Under the pieces are notes generated by a model that saw only the letters and a list, made by a program, of their open reading frames with translations, searched no databases and was not told where the DNA came from. This document shows, piece after piece, positions 50,301-63,621 of a stretch of 64,000 bases of DNA (position 1 is the stretch's first letter; each line of letters opens with the position of its first letter). Both the position numbers and the translations under genes were made by a program. Location: assembly GCA_973895155.1 (NCBI GenBank), contig OZ316893.1:8084963-8148962 (forward strand), written 5' to 3'. This DNA comes from Marsupella aquatica. Lineage: Eukaryota; Plantae; Marchantiophyta.

Positions 50301-52943
50301 CTCTCCTGCTCACACATTTTAACAAAACAATTCTCCATTACAATTGTTCTCTTGGTGATCTGTGGTCTAACATCCCCGTCCAAAATGTCATGAACTTCAC
50401 CACTTTAATTTTTTCAGACTGCAATTTCAAGAAGTATCTGAGTAAGACTAACAACATTTTGCTTTAAACATGCTAGTTCTTTGTATTTATCTTCATGGTG
50501 TGACTTGTGGGTCATAATAACATGAATAAAAGCAAATAGGTGGCTTTGTATATGTGAAACAAAAAAATCACGTTCATTAATTGTTTTAATTCTACCAGAC
50601 AAAAAAGCTGAAGCAAGTTCCACAATGATCGCACTATACTATATAGGACTGAACATAATCTTAACAAGTTCCCTTTCTTGGACTTTTTTGGAAACCCTCA
50701 AACAGAAAGACAACGCCTAGATATTCATGGGAGCTCTTTCATCTGCCAGTTCTCTAGAGAGTTGAGGCTTCTTTAGGTGAAAACCTTCACATTCAGCTCA
50801 GGTGTTTCCTCACCAAATCTTGTTGACTTTGTAAAGCTCTTGCATCATTATTATCAGGAGAGAAAAAAGGCTTCTGATTATCACTGGGCAATCCAGATGT
50901 TGAAGCACTAGCTTGAGGTGAGGCATTGTCAGCAGGAGGGTCTGGCAAAACAAGCAAGGCCATGCAGAGGTGTGTATAAAATGGCCTGTGAAAATCAGCT
51001 AAGACACAAATGTATACTTGCACAAAGAGTTTGATTGTGGTTGTGCACGATAATAGACATTGTTGGACTGTCAAAGTTTTCCTTGATAATTCATTGATGC
51101 CAGTCTCAATTTTTTCTTTGGCAAGCACCTGTTTTCTTAATGACTTCCAAGACCAGTAAACTTGATTACCAGAGTTACTGCAAATAAAAAACAATATTTT
51201 TTTGGAGTTCTTGGGCCTTTCAAAGTGTTATTGAGAAGTCCTACAGTAGGATCAAGGTAGCCTTTCAGGTTGTCTTTGCTGCTTCCTCAGCCACCAAAAT
51301 TGACATCCCCGACACTTATCATATGCCCCCCAATATTGTCATTGCCCTCGTTGACAAACCTTCCCTTTAGAGTGACAGCTGAACAGCCGCAGTTGATCTT
51401 CCCAGCTCCCACTCTCTCAAGCACACGATAGATGGAACAAGCCTCACAATGAGGTATCAGTTATCAGTCGCTCCAATCAGTTATTTAGATGTGGAAGGAA
51501 CCTTCCAACTAAGCAAGGCTGCCGAGTTGAAAAAGTGACTAGCAACATTAGCCAAGTGTTTTGTTTCCTATGAGTTTTCACTCAGCGAGGCCATCCACTC
51601 AACAAGATAAGCCAAGTGGGCTTTTCCAAAACTCGTGAAGGCCACTGGGTTAAAAATTCTTGCCGCCCAAATGCAGTTTGAATTGGGTGAGACCTTATGT
51701 GAGTTGAGCTTTACTGATATGGGTCACTGATAACCATGCGTTAGCAACCTCTCACAAACCACAAAGCAAAATTCAACTCAAACACATCATTGTAATCCTT
51801 GAGGTTATCCTCACTTGTGACGAGAAATGTCCATGGGAGTGCTGGGTGGGAGATGGATTTGATGGTAGAGAAAGACCATGTTTCAGAGGAGAAGAAGTAC
51901 CTTGCGGAGGATCAAAGAAACCCACATTCGGCGATGTGCTCACGGTGGGCACCAGTGGTGAGAGACTCAGCTCACTCCTACTGGTCCTCGAAAGATTTTG
52001 GACGTGCTCACCAAATGCAGTCGTTGGCTGGGGACTGCTCGTCCTTTCATTCGCGCCAACACTTGAGTCCTCCTGATTGGCAGCTCGTTGCCCTTCAATG
52101 GATTTCCGTCTCGATGGGGAATTCGGAGCTGGAGTGCTCACACTTGACCGCCGAGATGAACCCTGCGAGAGAGCCTCCACGTTTCTCTGTTATGGCCCAC
52201 AGAGATTCCAGACAAAGAAATGCAATTTGCCAGCCAGCAACTTCGGCATGATTTATTCTTCCAATTCAGTTACCATATCGAAGTTCATCTAAACTTGGAC
52301 GATCAACTTTCAATGCTCTGTTTCGCTGTCCGTTAGAATCTGTAGCGTTGAATATGCCACTTGAATAAATTTTTCAAGGGCATCAATGAGAGATTGTATT
52401 GGAGGGCAAACTGCTTGGCTATGCTGCGTCGAACCTGTGGCTAATGCCTGCTTCGGTTCCAAGTTCCAGCCTGTGATCTACATGTGGGTTGAGGCGTGAA
52501 TGTGGTGTGTCTCCATATCAATCGAAACTTCGAGGGAACAAGTTCAAATGGTGAATTAACAACCAAATTGAAAGGTCCAAGAAAGGAGTATCGGAGTTGG
52601 AGTAGTGAAAGGGTCAGGATCGTCTTACATTTGGTGAGAGGATTGCTCCGGAAAGTCTCCGTGTAGGGAGACCATCATTAGGTCTGGGAGTGGCAGAACT
52701 TGGAGGGCTGCCAAATGTTTCTCTCGACTTTCTCGTGCTCTTCCTAGAGCTGGATCCAACGTCATATCTGGACAATGATTCTTTCTTTCGAACTGGAAGT
52801 CGTCTCGTTGCAGCTGTCACACCGTCTCTTTGAGATGAAGACGCGGTACTGGATGAAAATCTCCTTGAAGGTGAGTTCGTGACAGGTTCTCGTCCCTTGT
52901 AAGCACTAGCTTGCAAATTCTTCGATATGAAAGACGACGACAT
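41331..52943 (-). CDS. TMC: Transmembrane channel-like (TMC) protein, multi-exon, with a long Ser/Pro-rich N-terminus
   Basis: In-phase GT-AG exons carry TMC motifs: LWETSLKTIENNYGSSMMLVFAFIRWVFLLN (48003-47764), GEGLDKTFVYYGGY (47101-46956), FSALVFTSWDFHI (46091-45980), CTENEVGAQMLRL (~43975), FLIEDMAIDIVYIQALVWVGVCFSPL (~43087-42946) and AYSAS...SGFCGP (~42529-42326). The last exon is 41504-41331. The 5' exon model (52943-49040) is less certain. Confidence 0.88.
44483..44514 (+). repeat. (ATGTA)6 microsatellite in a TMC intron
   Basis: Directly visible. Confidence 0.9.
48736..48923 (-). mobile_element. Copia-like LTR fragment in a TMC intron
   Basis: The reverse complement contains atgtagcc...tgaaccacgtaa, resembling gacgtagcc...tgaaccacgta in the LTR at 8567-8595. 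TG..CA ends are plausible; no TSD. Confidence 0.4.
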
Positions 52944-55900
52944 GTTGCTTTTCAGCCGATCCACAATTGTTCTTTCCACCTAAAGTTTGTATCAATGCTT
53001 TAGGCCTCCGATTGTGTGATACTTTCCCTCCTCCCTATGGTATCAGTAGCACTCTCCTACCAGACTCTCTACCGGTCATCTCTACCGGCCTTCTTTCAAT
53101 TTGCAACTACCAATTTCAAATTAGTTGCAAATTGAATTTGAAACTGCAAGCTACTACGATGAGAGCTCACGAAAGACATTTCAGACAGTGCTCATTCGAT
53201 CTTCATCGTGAACTCTTTTACAAGAGAACATTGACCTACGCAAGTGATGAAACCAACGGGAGATTCATTTGAAGACCACCAAAGACCTCAAAAGTTTTGA
53301 GTGCATAGTAATGTCTCGTGGAGAGGGTCAGACGTTGAAATCTAACCAATCTAACAATAAATTTTGAACACATTATCTTCAGTGGACTAACATTTTCACG
53401 AACGAATGCAAATGAATCCTACGCTTAAAACGTTCTATCTTCTGCCTCTACGTATGTGGAATGAAATTTGGATTTTAACTTCTCCAGATGTGTCCTCAAC
53501 ACAACCCAACAACTTCATAAGTGTCATACTAGTAGAAAGTTTCAGTCGACACAAATGAAATTGTCTCTCAATGTACTCATCAGTGAAAACTATGAAATGG
53601 CTTCAACATACTTACAACTTCGGATAATTCTGTGCCGGGTGGCCAGGAAGTTAGCCCAATGAACAGCTACCGTCTGGTATCAACAACAATGTCCATGTGA
53701 GAACTTCTTGATCTCCAATCCTCGCTGAATGGACCCATATGTTCTAGACGAGCCCTTCAATAGGAATGTAGGTTGTTTTGTGCAGGTGTTCAAATACCAT
53801 TAAATCCACAACTGGTGAAATTAGAAGCTGTGGAAGGTCTAATAATCATTTTTTGTAACGACGCTTGGCACCTTTAGAGTGGTCGTTGGAGTCCACAATG
53901 TGTGGACTTGAGCAAAGGTCCATCGAGCTGACAATTAGGTTTAGTGCATGTTGAACAACTGAGATGGCGGTAGCTCAAACTTTTCCAAAACAAGTGGTGC
54001 CCGTTGTTCCATAATGGTTGATGACACAAAACAGGTGTTTGAAGCGTGGATATGATGTTGTTTTAGGTTCGGTGCTCCCAGAAGATTTTAGAGGTTCCAA
54101 TGTGTGGCCCCCCTCTTTTTTTCCCTTGTTGTTTCAAGGGAGGTCCCCAGCAATAACCCCCTCGCCAGTCTGGAGTGGTGGCTTCAAGTCCCATAATCCC
54201 CTGGGGCCAACCTTGCTGTCTCAAAATTTCAAAATTTTATGTGAGAAAACAGTGCAGTAGTTCGCCTACACAACCAAAAACAAACATACCATCACAACCG
54301 CAGTTCAAACCCTTGTCTAGGAGCATCCTCAGGAGCACCAAAACATCAAACCTATCACATTTGCATGTTCCGATGTGTTGCCTCACGTGAAACCCATCTT
54401 AGCGCCCAAAAAGCCATCAGAACTGCAATCCAACCCCTCACAGGAGCACTAAAGTATTTAAGCCCATAAGTTTGGATTGTTCCGATGTTTTGCCTAATGT
54501 GTAAAAACCATCTTAACCAGAAAAAAACCCATTATAGCCACACCCAGCCATTTTTAATTTGTTTTTAAACATTAGCCAAGGTGGCTACTATTCTACCCAC
54601 AAGCACAGGTCTGGTTATGTAATATTTTCTTCAATTTGACAGTACTTTCTCACTATTGTAGAGTATTTCCTGGCTAACACTACCCCATAGAGTGTTGGGT
54701 GTTGGCAAATGAAACATAATTTCTAAAATTTCAGCCAGCCTGAGTATCATTAGCCTGCCTGTTTTTTTAGGTAAGTGATTGGTTAATTTTTGCCCAAAAA
54801 AAATGGCTGGCCGTACCCCATACCGTTCAGGAGCACCAAAAATTAAAACCACCCCTGCCATTAAAACTCCTGCAGCACTGTTTCAACCGTGCATTGATGC
54901 ATGGAACAAAAGAAAAAGTGGCAGTGAAAACCAAACCAATTTTGCTGGCAGGTGAAAAATTCCATACTTTGGTGAAGTATGACAACTATGTTGGGTGTAT
55001 TAAACGTTGCATTTGGAGTTTTAATCTCAATGTTGAATGCTACTATGGATAGTCCTGCAGATCAAGAGTCAGAGTCAAAAACATTCTCTATTTGATATGC
55101 AAGTTCTAATATGCTATTGCCTAAATTTGCTCTAATAGAATCAAGTCAATCAACTATGACTGAAGTTCACTCAAATGAAGGCAAGGACTGATGCATTAGT
55201 AGATTGCACTGGTCCACAAATCAAGGATTGTCTTTATAGTCAGATGTCTATTCACGAAACAAACACAGGTGAGAATTAAGCACTAACTCAGACAGTGACA
55301 TTCAACATGTATTGCAACCCAGGTTTTTAGTGAGGAAGCTTTCATACATTGATGACTGAATTCCAGTGAAAGGAAGCCAACGCCATGATTTCCCCATGAC
55401 AGGTCATTTTCCCTGCACCAACGAATAGACGGGTTTAAAGTTACGGTAGACAGAGTTCTCACTAGACTGCACTTGTACTGCCTGCACTAATGCAGGAAAC
55501 CGTTACTCAGAACAAAAGTATTTAGTACACCACTTGCGACAAGTAAATGGGACTCCACGATGTGGTAAAATGGGCCGTAAAAGAAGTGAAGTATTTTCAA
55601 GTTTTCAGCTTCAATGCAATAGGACTGGGCAAGAAAGAGTCATAAGCTTGAATGGGATCTCCATTGAAACTGTTGAACGGGAATTGGATCTCAAATGCTC
55701 GTTGTATACATGTGAAACATTTGTACTCTCAGAGCATAAATATATAAGTCAAGATTTTTAACTCTAAATCCATTATTATCCTTGTTCAATGCATCTTTTC
55801 TATAGATTGTATCCTATCAAGCAAAAGGTGTGGGATAGTGATCCCATCAAAGCAAAAGATGTACTCTGTATACAATTTGTGACGGCAAGTACATTGATTT

Positions 55901-57273
55901 CATGATCTAGAAAAGCTGGCAGTAAAAGTAAACTATTTTGAATATTTCAGGTTTTAAGACAATAAGAAGGTGCCAGCCAAGAGGATTTTGGATAGAGCTT
56001 ACTCTTAATATTCCAGGTGTCCAAATCCCTCCACTTTGGTCAACCGTGTTTTCTTTAGTGTGGGGCAAAGTAAGGTCAGGTGGCTATCACTTGTGTCAAT
56101 TAATGGAGGTATGCTAGGGAGAGGGGATTCTAGCATATCTAATCTGGACATAGCGTTAGATCTCAAATTTGGTCCAACGTGTTTTTTCACTTTGTATAAG
56201 TAGCCAGTCCAAATATTGGGTAAGAATGACTTGTGATGAAGATTTTCAATAAAGGAAACACAGCTTTGGAGTTTGGACCATTGTGTCCAACCTAGGCAAA
56301 AAACATATCTCCCATGCCGGAGAGTCCCACAGCATGAGCTAGTTATAAGCAAGCTACCGCAATCCTTGTTTAGTCTCTTACCTAAGGAATGGTTTTAATC
56401 CACAATTTAAGAGCCCTTTGCAAGCCATAACTCTGTTTATGGTTGTGGCGTACGTAATTCACTTTGTTTGTTTCAAAGAACAAGTATACAGTCACTGTTG
56501 TCCATTCAAGGAGGAGTTATTAAGAATGCAGAGCATTTTATCCAAAAGCAATTGACTAGTTGTACTATCAAGGACGTGTGGCAAGTGTCTTTTGATCGCT
56601 TAGTAGCAGCTCGTTACTTTGCTGGATTGCTGCATGCTGAATGCTTATATGAAGAAGCTTGAATTTTTCTAATCTATGTTTTTTTTTGTTGCCCCAACTC
56701 TGTGAGTGGCCAATCCTGTGAATGGTGTTTGGGAGCAAGTTCTAATTTTCACTGTTTCTCCCCACATAAGTGATGGGCTCATATTGAATAGAAGGCCATG
56801 ATCGGGCATACTATTTGAGTACAAGACCCTGGCCTTGTGTTTTGAGGAAGACATAGCCACACCCCAACCAAAAGTAGCCACAAGGTATGCCCTCAACAGC
56901 TTGCACCCTAAAAATGAGCTTCAAACCCAAAAGAAAGGTACCATGATGATGCCAAAAGTATCCTAAGGAATATGAAAATGTTCCCCCCAAACATCTAGAA
57001 ATCAACATGGGAGATAAAACGTTGGTGCTACCCAAATTATTGGGTTAAGCCAAGACCCCACTGGATGGATGAAGAATATGGTGGACAGGATTTGGAGGTT
57101 GTAATGTGGGGCAGTATTCAGAGAGCGGGGATTTACGGAGATATGTCCAAAACCATGTATGTGTGGGCTGGACTTGGGGAGCTAGTTGGACTCTGACGCT
57201 GTTCCCAAATACGACTACCTGCCTTGCAATGAAATATTGGAAAAGTCTTGGAACGATTGCACATGAAGGCCCA

Positions 57274-57447
57274 AGTCAAGTATTGAGAATGATTTGCTTC
57301 ACAGGCATTGTAAATGTTCATATGTTTAACAAGACACTACTGTTTCATTCGAAGTCTTAGTCAAGTATTGAGAATGATTTGCTTGCCATGCATTATAAAT
57401 ATTCATGTTTTTTTACGAGGCACTACCGTCTCATGCAAGGTTAAGTC
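57274..57447 (+). repeat. Two-copy ~85-bp tandem duplication
   Basis: agtcaagtattgagaatgatttgctt at 57274 and 57359. Confidence 0.8.
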
Positions 57448-57692
57448 TTCCCTGAATTAAAAGCAGTGCTTTCAACCCTCATGATCACCTATACATCCTA
57501 ATGCACAATGCCACAAGCCATGACTTAAGACTTGAGTGCACTGATCCTGCTTTTGAATCTAATTTATAATTTAGTTCTATTGCCACTATGGCGTGTGCAT
57601 ATTGCCATGTAAGCAAACTAAATAAATCTTCTACATACATGACTAAGCTGTTTTTGGTTACAAAATAACATGGCTGATTCAAAGTAATGTTC

Positions 57693-58487
57693 CTACTTTG
57701 TAGGATGCAGTGCTATCCTGATGAAATCTTGCTTACGACCTGCCATTTGGGAGAAAATTTTGGATGACAGGTAGACAAGGTCATCGTCTAAATCATCGTA
57801 TGCGCTTGAAGCAATGACTGTTAATGTAAAAGCTTGTTTGCTTTTACACAAATTTGTTGGGCCACCCAGGTCTTCAAAGGGTTCCATGCAAGACACTTTG
57901 ATTTTACTTCCACATGGATGCGAGCCATGGAATCGGCCACTTGACACTACAGCATACTTGTGAAGAACCTCCACATCGTATGCAAGATTTTGGGTTAAAT
58001 GGAAGGGACACATTTCTGCATGGCATGTGATAAACCCATAAAGAGATAAAAATGGCAGGCAATAATTGATGAAGTAATTTATTAAACAAACTTAGGTGGG
58101 AGTGGGTTGGAAATTTTTATGAATGTGAAGAAATCCTTTGAGCTATTCACATAAGGGGTCCTTTACACTTTCTCCCACTCCCTTACTCTAACACATACCT
58201 CACAGCACATGTTACATCACACCCATGTTGTCCTTACACTTATTTTAGATTATGTAGTTAACAATCCACAACAGCTTCATATCACAATGTGACAATTGCA
58301 TACCGTCAGGAAATCCATCAATAAAAGAAGCTGGAATACTTGGAAGATCTGCCTTGTACTTTCCATTAAAAGATTTTGAATGTTTTCTGAATCGATGACG
58401 AGATCGAGCATCACATGAAGTACTCAAAAGCAAGAATGTCAATGTTGCACACAACACTGTGACAAATCTTGTGAGGTTCCCTTCCAT
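57693..58487 (-). CDS. Secreted EG45-like / DPBB (plant natriuretic peptide or expansin-D1-like) protein, 2 exons, 168 aa
   Basis: Exons 58487-58304 and 58015-57693 join in phase 1. Signal peptide MEGNLTRFVTVLCATLTFLLLSTSCDA. AVVSSGRFHGSHPCGSKIKVSC...C...LTVI...YLSSKIFSQMA...IRI fits the DPBB pattern. Confidence 0.7.
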
Positions 58488-61400
58488 AGGAAATAGGTTC
58501 TGTGGTTGATCAATCACATACGTTGATCGAGACGTTGATTGGACCTCCACTATTAATCCAACCACTTAGCTAGTCATGATCTTTGCTTGGGCCTAATCAA
58601 GTCAAGACAAAAGTAGATAAGCATAAGACGCTAATGAATAAGGCACAAGTCATGGCATGAACAATTTTATTACTTGACAGAAATAGGATCCTTCTTGATT
58701 TGTTTTTCTAACTAGAGTAACAAAGATTTCATTCACCATTGCACTGATTGAATTTTCTTGTGTGGGTCAATACATATTTTAGAGGATTGATTTGGAACAA
58801 CTCAAACAACATTATCAATCAGAAATTTCACCTCTTCTTGTTGTGCTTCATTGACTTGAAAATTTGCAAATCATAAAGTTTCTGTGTATAATTGTTACTT
58901 CAACCAAGTTAAGGTGAACTGTGCCATCAATGATGCATACAAGGTTCCCACAACACCTGGCAGCATTAGTTAGCCAGACTGTAGTTTAAATCGACCCATC
59001 ATGAGTTAGTACAGTCTACAATGTCAACAACTGATTCTATATTTATAGCCATAGTCCTCAATTTTGGGAAAAGAATCTAGTGGCTATCGAAAAGCAAACA
59101 AATAGTATTTGTAGCTCCTGCATCCTCACCCATTCTCTGTCTTTCTTACCCTAGATCAATTGCTCTCTTTCTGAGACTGCCCTCTTTTTGCTGGAGATTG
59201 GACATTCATGATTCGTGCTGAAGAAGAGAGCAAGAGAGCACTATTTATTCCTTCTATTTAATAACACCACTAGATTGCAAGAGCATGTTCTAGCATATCA
59301 ATGCATGCAACACAGACATTATTGGGGTAGAAAAATTATTTGTAACAAGATTATTCCTGTCTCCATCTAGTTATGGTTTAGGTCAATTCTCCTATTTGGT
59401 TGACGTTACTAACAAACTGAACCTAACTTCCATTCCCAAAGCAACTGTAACTGATCTTGTTACTATGACTTATCAGTGCTAAACACTACATACTATAAAC
59501 AATACCACAAACACAAGTCATGGGGTGTCAGTCTCTTTGAGCTTACCCAAGACAAATCAGTTAATCTAACTTCCACTCTTAAGGTCTACCTTATTTACCC
59601 ACCCTACATTAAATTGTTATGTCCCATTGTTACACCTGATTGACTGAAAGAAGTGAAGTGTTTGGACCTCAAAATCTTGAAATGTATGTGGGGCGAGCTA
59701 GTTGGGAATAATATGGCACATCAGAGAATAAACCTCACATGTGTATACTTTCCTTCCGTCTTTGTAGTTTTGTCCACTGTTGTCAATCTTAAACCTATGA
59801 CCAGCCTTTATGAGACCCCTTGGCCAGCAAAAGTTGAGGGTTATGAGACTAAAGTAGAAATAGGGCATGCCCAGGGGCATGTATATTACACTGCAATGCC
59901 AGATGAAAAGGGGCCCTTGTCTGTTAATTTGATGTTTATGTTTGCCACATGTGCTACATAGTAATACTCACATCCAAATAGTATGCCTGATCCCATATGC
60001 TAATCACTATGGCAACCTCAGTTTCCATGGGTCACCTGGTCAAAAACGAAATGTAGAGTCAGGCCTGTTAAGATTGTAGCTCCTTGTGAGTCTTGTATCC
60101 CAAACAGTATGCCTTATCACATGAGATTTAGATGAAAATTGAGCAAAACCACAATCAGGGTCTGCGCCTGATAATCCATTGGTTCCCCCATCGTTTCATT
60201 ATAGCCCATAACTTCCTTAGGGCCACTGGTTATCCTGCCCCAATACTAACCATGACGCTTTACCTTATTTATCTAACCAACACTTGTTATGACCTGGCGA
60301 GAGTGATCCACGCCATGTACATGGTGGATGTGGGAAGTTGGAACCTTGGTTTTGGGTGGAGATCCAGGGGAATAATTGGAGATGTCGGGATGCCATTTTG
60401 TTGTACTTCATATAATATCCCTCCTCTACCTTTTTGTTTATGATAGCACTCTGCTTCCTAGGCATTGTGAGGTATAATGTCCCAAAAAACTACAGTAGCG
60501 CTTTAGCACAAGTTTTGAGGAGCTATTCTTGCCCATAATGAGCACCTAACAATGAGTGGGTAGCAAGGGTAGCAAGGACTCCACACTCCCTGACAGATTT
60601 TTCACTCTAACCAGTTTTAATTCTCCTTCTCTGTTCTTCACACTTGAAGACAAACCTAAGTTGAGATTTGAGTTTCTGAAGAGACAAGTAGAGGGGAAAT
60701 ATGAAGATGCTTTCACACAGCCTGGCAAGTGTAGAAGAATACCAAGAGGTTGTTGGTTTTAGAGCCTCCAAACAAATTCCTTTGACAATCTTTTTATACT
60801 ACTCCTGAGCTTTACCTGGCTTACCTGCATTTTTCAAAAGGGTAGGTTCTTTGCCATTATGTGAAATTCATGTTTTTTTGGTTACTCTTTGGTCTTCCTC
60901 GGGTTTTCCCCTTGTTTTCTCCCCTTTAGAGCATCTTCAGTGGGTGTTGACCCATAACTGCTATCCATGCGACGGATGTGGGGGATGGCAGCCAGGGAAA
61001 CAGGTATCATGTCCATTGGCCCCCTATCGGCAATTTTGGGGTTCATAGCCGAAGGGGGTACAGTCAACCGCTAGTTTTGCCTCAGGTGGTGACCAAATCC
61101 TTAAAGAGGTATTAACTGGGATCTTGTCTTCCGGTTAAATGGCGCTTTGTGTTCTTTGGCAATGTGATATATACAAAGAGAAAAGTATTGAGGGGATTTA
61201 AGCTAACCTTTATTTTTTATTCTCCTATCCCCCAAACTGGTAGAAATTGCTAACATACCCCGGCCCACAACCAATTTAATTACCCCCCAGTTTGGCACCA
61301 TGTCACTATACTTAACTGAGATTGCAAGCAATTGGCTCTCAGACACATGGAGGCTCGTGATTTTTTTGTGCTAACTCCCTCCAGCCTACCTTCACCATGG

Positions 61401-61959
61401 ACCAGATTTCCCCATCCAAAACTCACTGGACCGTGCGCAGAAGTAGACTACTCTCTACAAGCAAAAGGTATAGTGTTCTGGCCTCCCTCATTCCTTCTTC
61501 CCCCCCCCCGCCCCCCCCCCTTACCCCATTGGAGGGGGTAGCTTGTATAGATTATGAGGCTCCATGTGACCCAGAACTCACCCTAGGGTTTAGGGCCCAG
61601 ACTAATCATGTGTCATCTCAAGTCTACTGTGGTTAAATCACATACAAAACCACCCTATGTTATACCTTAACCAGACTCCATGGTTACTTTAACCATAGTT
61701 ACTGTATAGGATAACTCGGAAGGAGACTATATATAGAGATGCACCCATTCATTTTATAGAGAATAATCTCATTATCATTTCCCACATCATTTCGCTAACA
61801 CCCGATAATTAGAACCCGATAATTAGTTTTGGGATCAGGTTACTATTTTTGACAAGTCTGGAGACAAGACAGGAAAGTAAAACATCGTTTGTCCATTCTA
61901 TCGGTAATCAATCTCTTCTTTTGCATTCGTCTCTCTCGAAGCAGAGTGGAGGTTTCGGA

Positions 61960-62200
61960 GAGTCACCTTTAGGGTTGTCTCTCAGAGAGTGCTCTTCTCA
62001 GAGTTCCCACAGAGAGAGAGAGAGCTCCTCTTCTCAGAATTTCTATCCGCGCGCGCGAGAGATAGAGATCTTTAGAGTTTTTCTCAGACAGAGAAAGAGA
62101 TCTTAGAGTTTTTCTCAAACAGGGAGAGAGAGAGAGAAAGAGCTCCTCTTCGCAGCTCTTCTTAGAGATTCTCTCAGAGAGACGGAGCTCTTCTCAGAGT
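61960..62200 (+). promoter_or_regulatory. GA/TC-rich low-complexity promoter-like region
   Basis: GAGA runs and repeated agagtttttctca / gagctcctctt units upstream of the ABCE1-like ATG. Confidence 0.4.
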
Positions 62201-62325
62201 TTCTCTCTGCTCTGTGTCTTGTCAGCTTGGTCTGTTCGGGGTTGGGTCATTGGGTGAGGAGGAGGGTGGGGGGGGGCAATTGATTTGGCAATCGATATAA
62301 GGAGGCACGTTGCGGTGTCGTCAAG

Positions 62326-63409
62326 ATGTCGAATCGCTTGACCAGGACCGCCATTGCGAGCACGGATCGATGCGAGCCGAAAAATTGCCAACAGGAGTGT
62401 GAGAAGAGCTGCCCTGTGGCGAAAACAGGTATGTGGTTTATGTTGGTTTGGTTCAATTTGGTTGGTGTTTTTGTTTGTGCGGGCTTGCCGCGGCGATTTA
62501 TGTATGGATCCATCCGGGACGGGGTCGGTGAATGTGTCTGTGAATGTGCTTTGTCTACTCGCTTCTTCATTTCGTTTGATTCGGCCAATTCTATGTGGCA
62601 CTGAGTGAGGCACGTACGGTAGCTGCCTGTGGGTGGGCTGGAGTGCTCACGTACGGCGAAGGCATAGTTTTTGTTTGTTTTTTAAAGAGCCGGTTGTCGA
62701 TCATAATTTTTCCTGATGTTTTCCCTTCCTCTTTTCTTCCGGTGCTGAAATACCGTGGTTTCTAAGATCATGAGGATTGTAGCTGTAAGAAAGTACCACG
62801 ATCCTGTCGTCGTTGTGAGCTCTATGAATCTTGCTATTGCTCCCCGACCATGCACCAAAGTAGGGTGTGTCGGAGGGCATTAATGGGGGCGAAACATTCT
62901 TGCTTTGTTTCTATTGTGTCCGTTGTTTCAGAGTGTTGACGTTTCTCTAACGATGCTCTCACTCACAATTTCCGGGGTCAGATAATTTAAATCTCAATGA
63001 GATTCTCATAGCATCAGACCTCGCTGGACGGTTTTTTGGCTGCGCAGGAAAGCTCTGCATTGAAGTCTCTTCTGGTTCTAAAATTGGTTTCATATCAGAG
63101 GAGCTTTTGTATCGGTTGTGGTATTTGCGTCGAGGTAAGAACTTGACACCTAAATCGTGTGTACGCCCCCATTAATGACTCATTAATGGGGGCGAAACTT
63201 TCGTGACTTTTGGCACTTAAGCTTTTAACTTTCGTTGTTTGCAAGTGAATTGTGGCATGTGACAGTTAGTTCAAGGAACGCTGGCTAGTCCTGTCGTCTG
63301 CTGTTCATCTTGGAATCGTGATTTTTGTGAAGAAGCGCTGGTCGTCTCGATTCTTACTTCAGTAGCCTCTCGTTTCTTCGTAACGCAGAAATGTCCATTT
63401 GAGGCCATA
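62326..63409 (+). pseudogene. ABCE1: ABCE1/RLI 5' fragment (FeS-domain exons only), frameshifted and truncated
   Basis: Exon 62326-62428 reads MSNRLTRTAIASTDRCEPKNCQQECEKSCPVAKT. Exon 63048-63134 reads GKLCIEV..ISEEL/CIGCGICVE, with an extra T at ~63105. Exon 63389-63409 reads KCPFEAI, after which similarity stops. Confidence 0.85.
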
Positions 63410-63621
63410 CGCGAGCGGCAGACATACAGGGCAATGCCTGGCCGGCTTGGCTCGGCTCGGCTTGGAGTAGGATTGGAGTGACTACTGTAGTGAACGAGTG
63501 AAGAGGTGAAAAGCCTTCGGAGGAGACACCTAATCTTAAATTTGTGGATATTGCCCAAATTGTGCAGTATTTGGTGGGCTTGTTGGTGGATTGGACAGTG
63601 AACCTAACGTAAGTTAATCAA

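Noticed and set aside
54320-54850. Degenerate ~110-130-bp direct repeats containing caggagcac
   Set aside because: Probably old transposon debris; no ends or TSD could be defined.
59640-61700. Possible DNA-transposon (hAT-like) remnant
   Set aside because: Only vague peptide resemblance; no TIR, TSD or catalytic motif identified.
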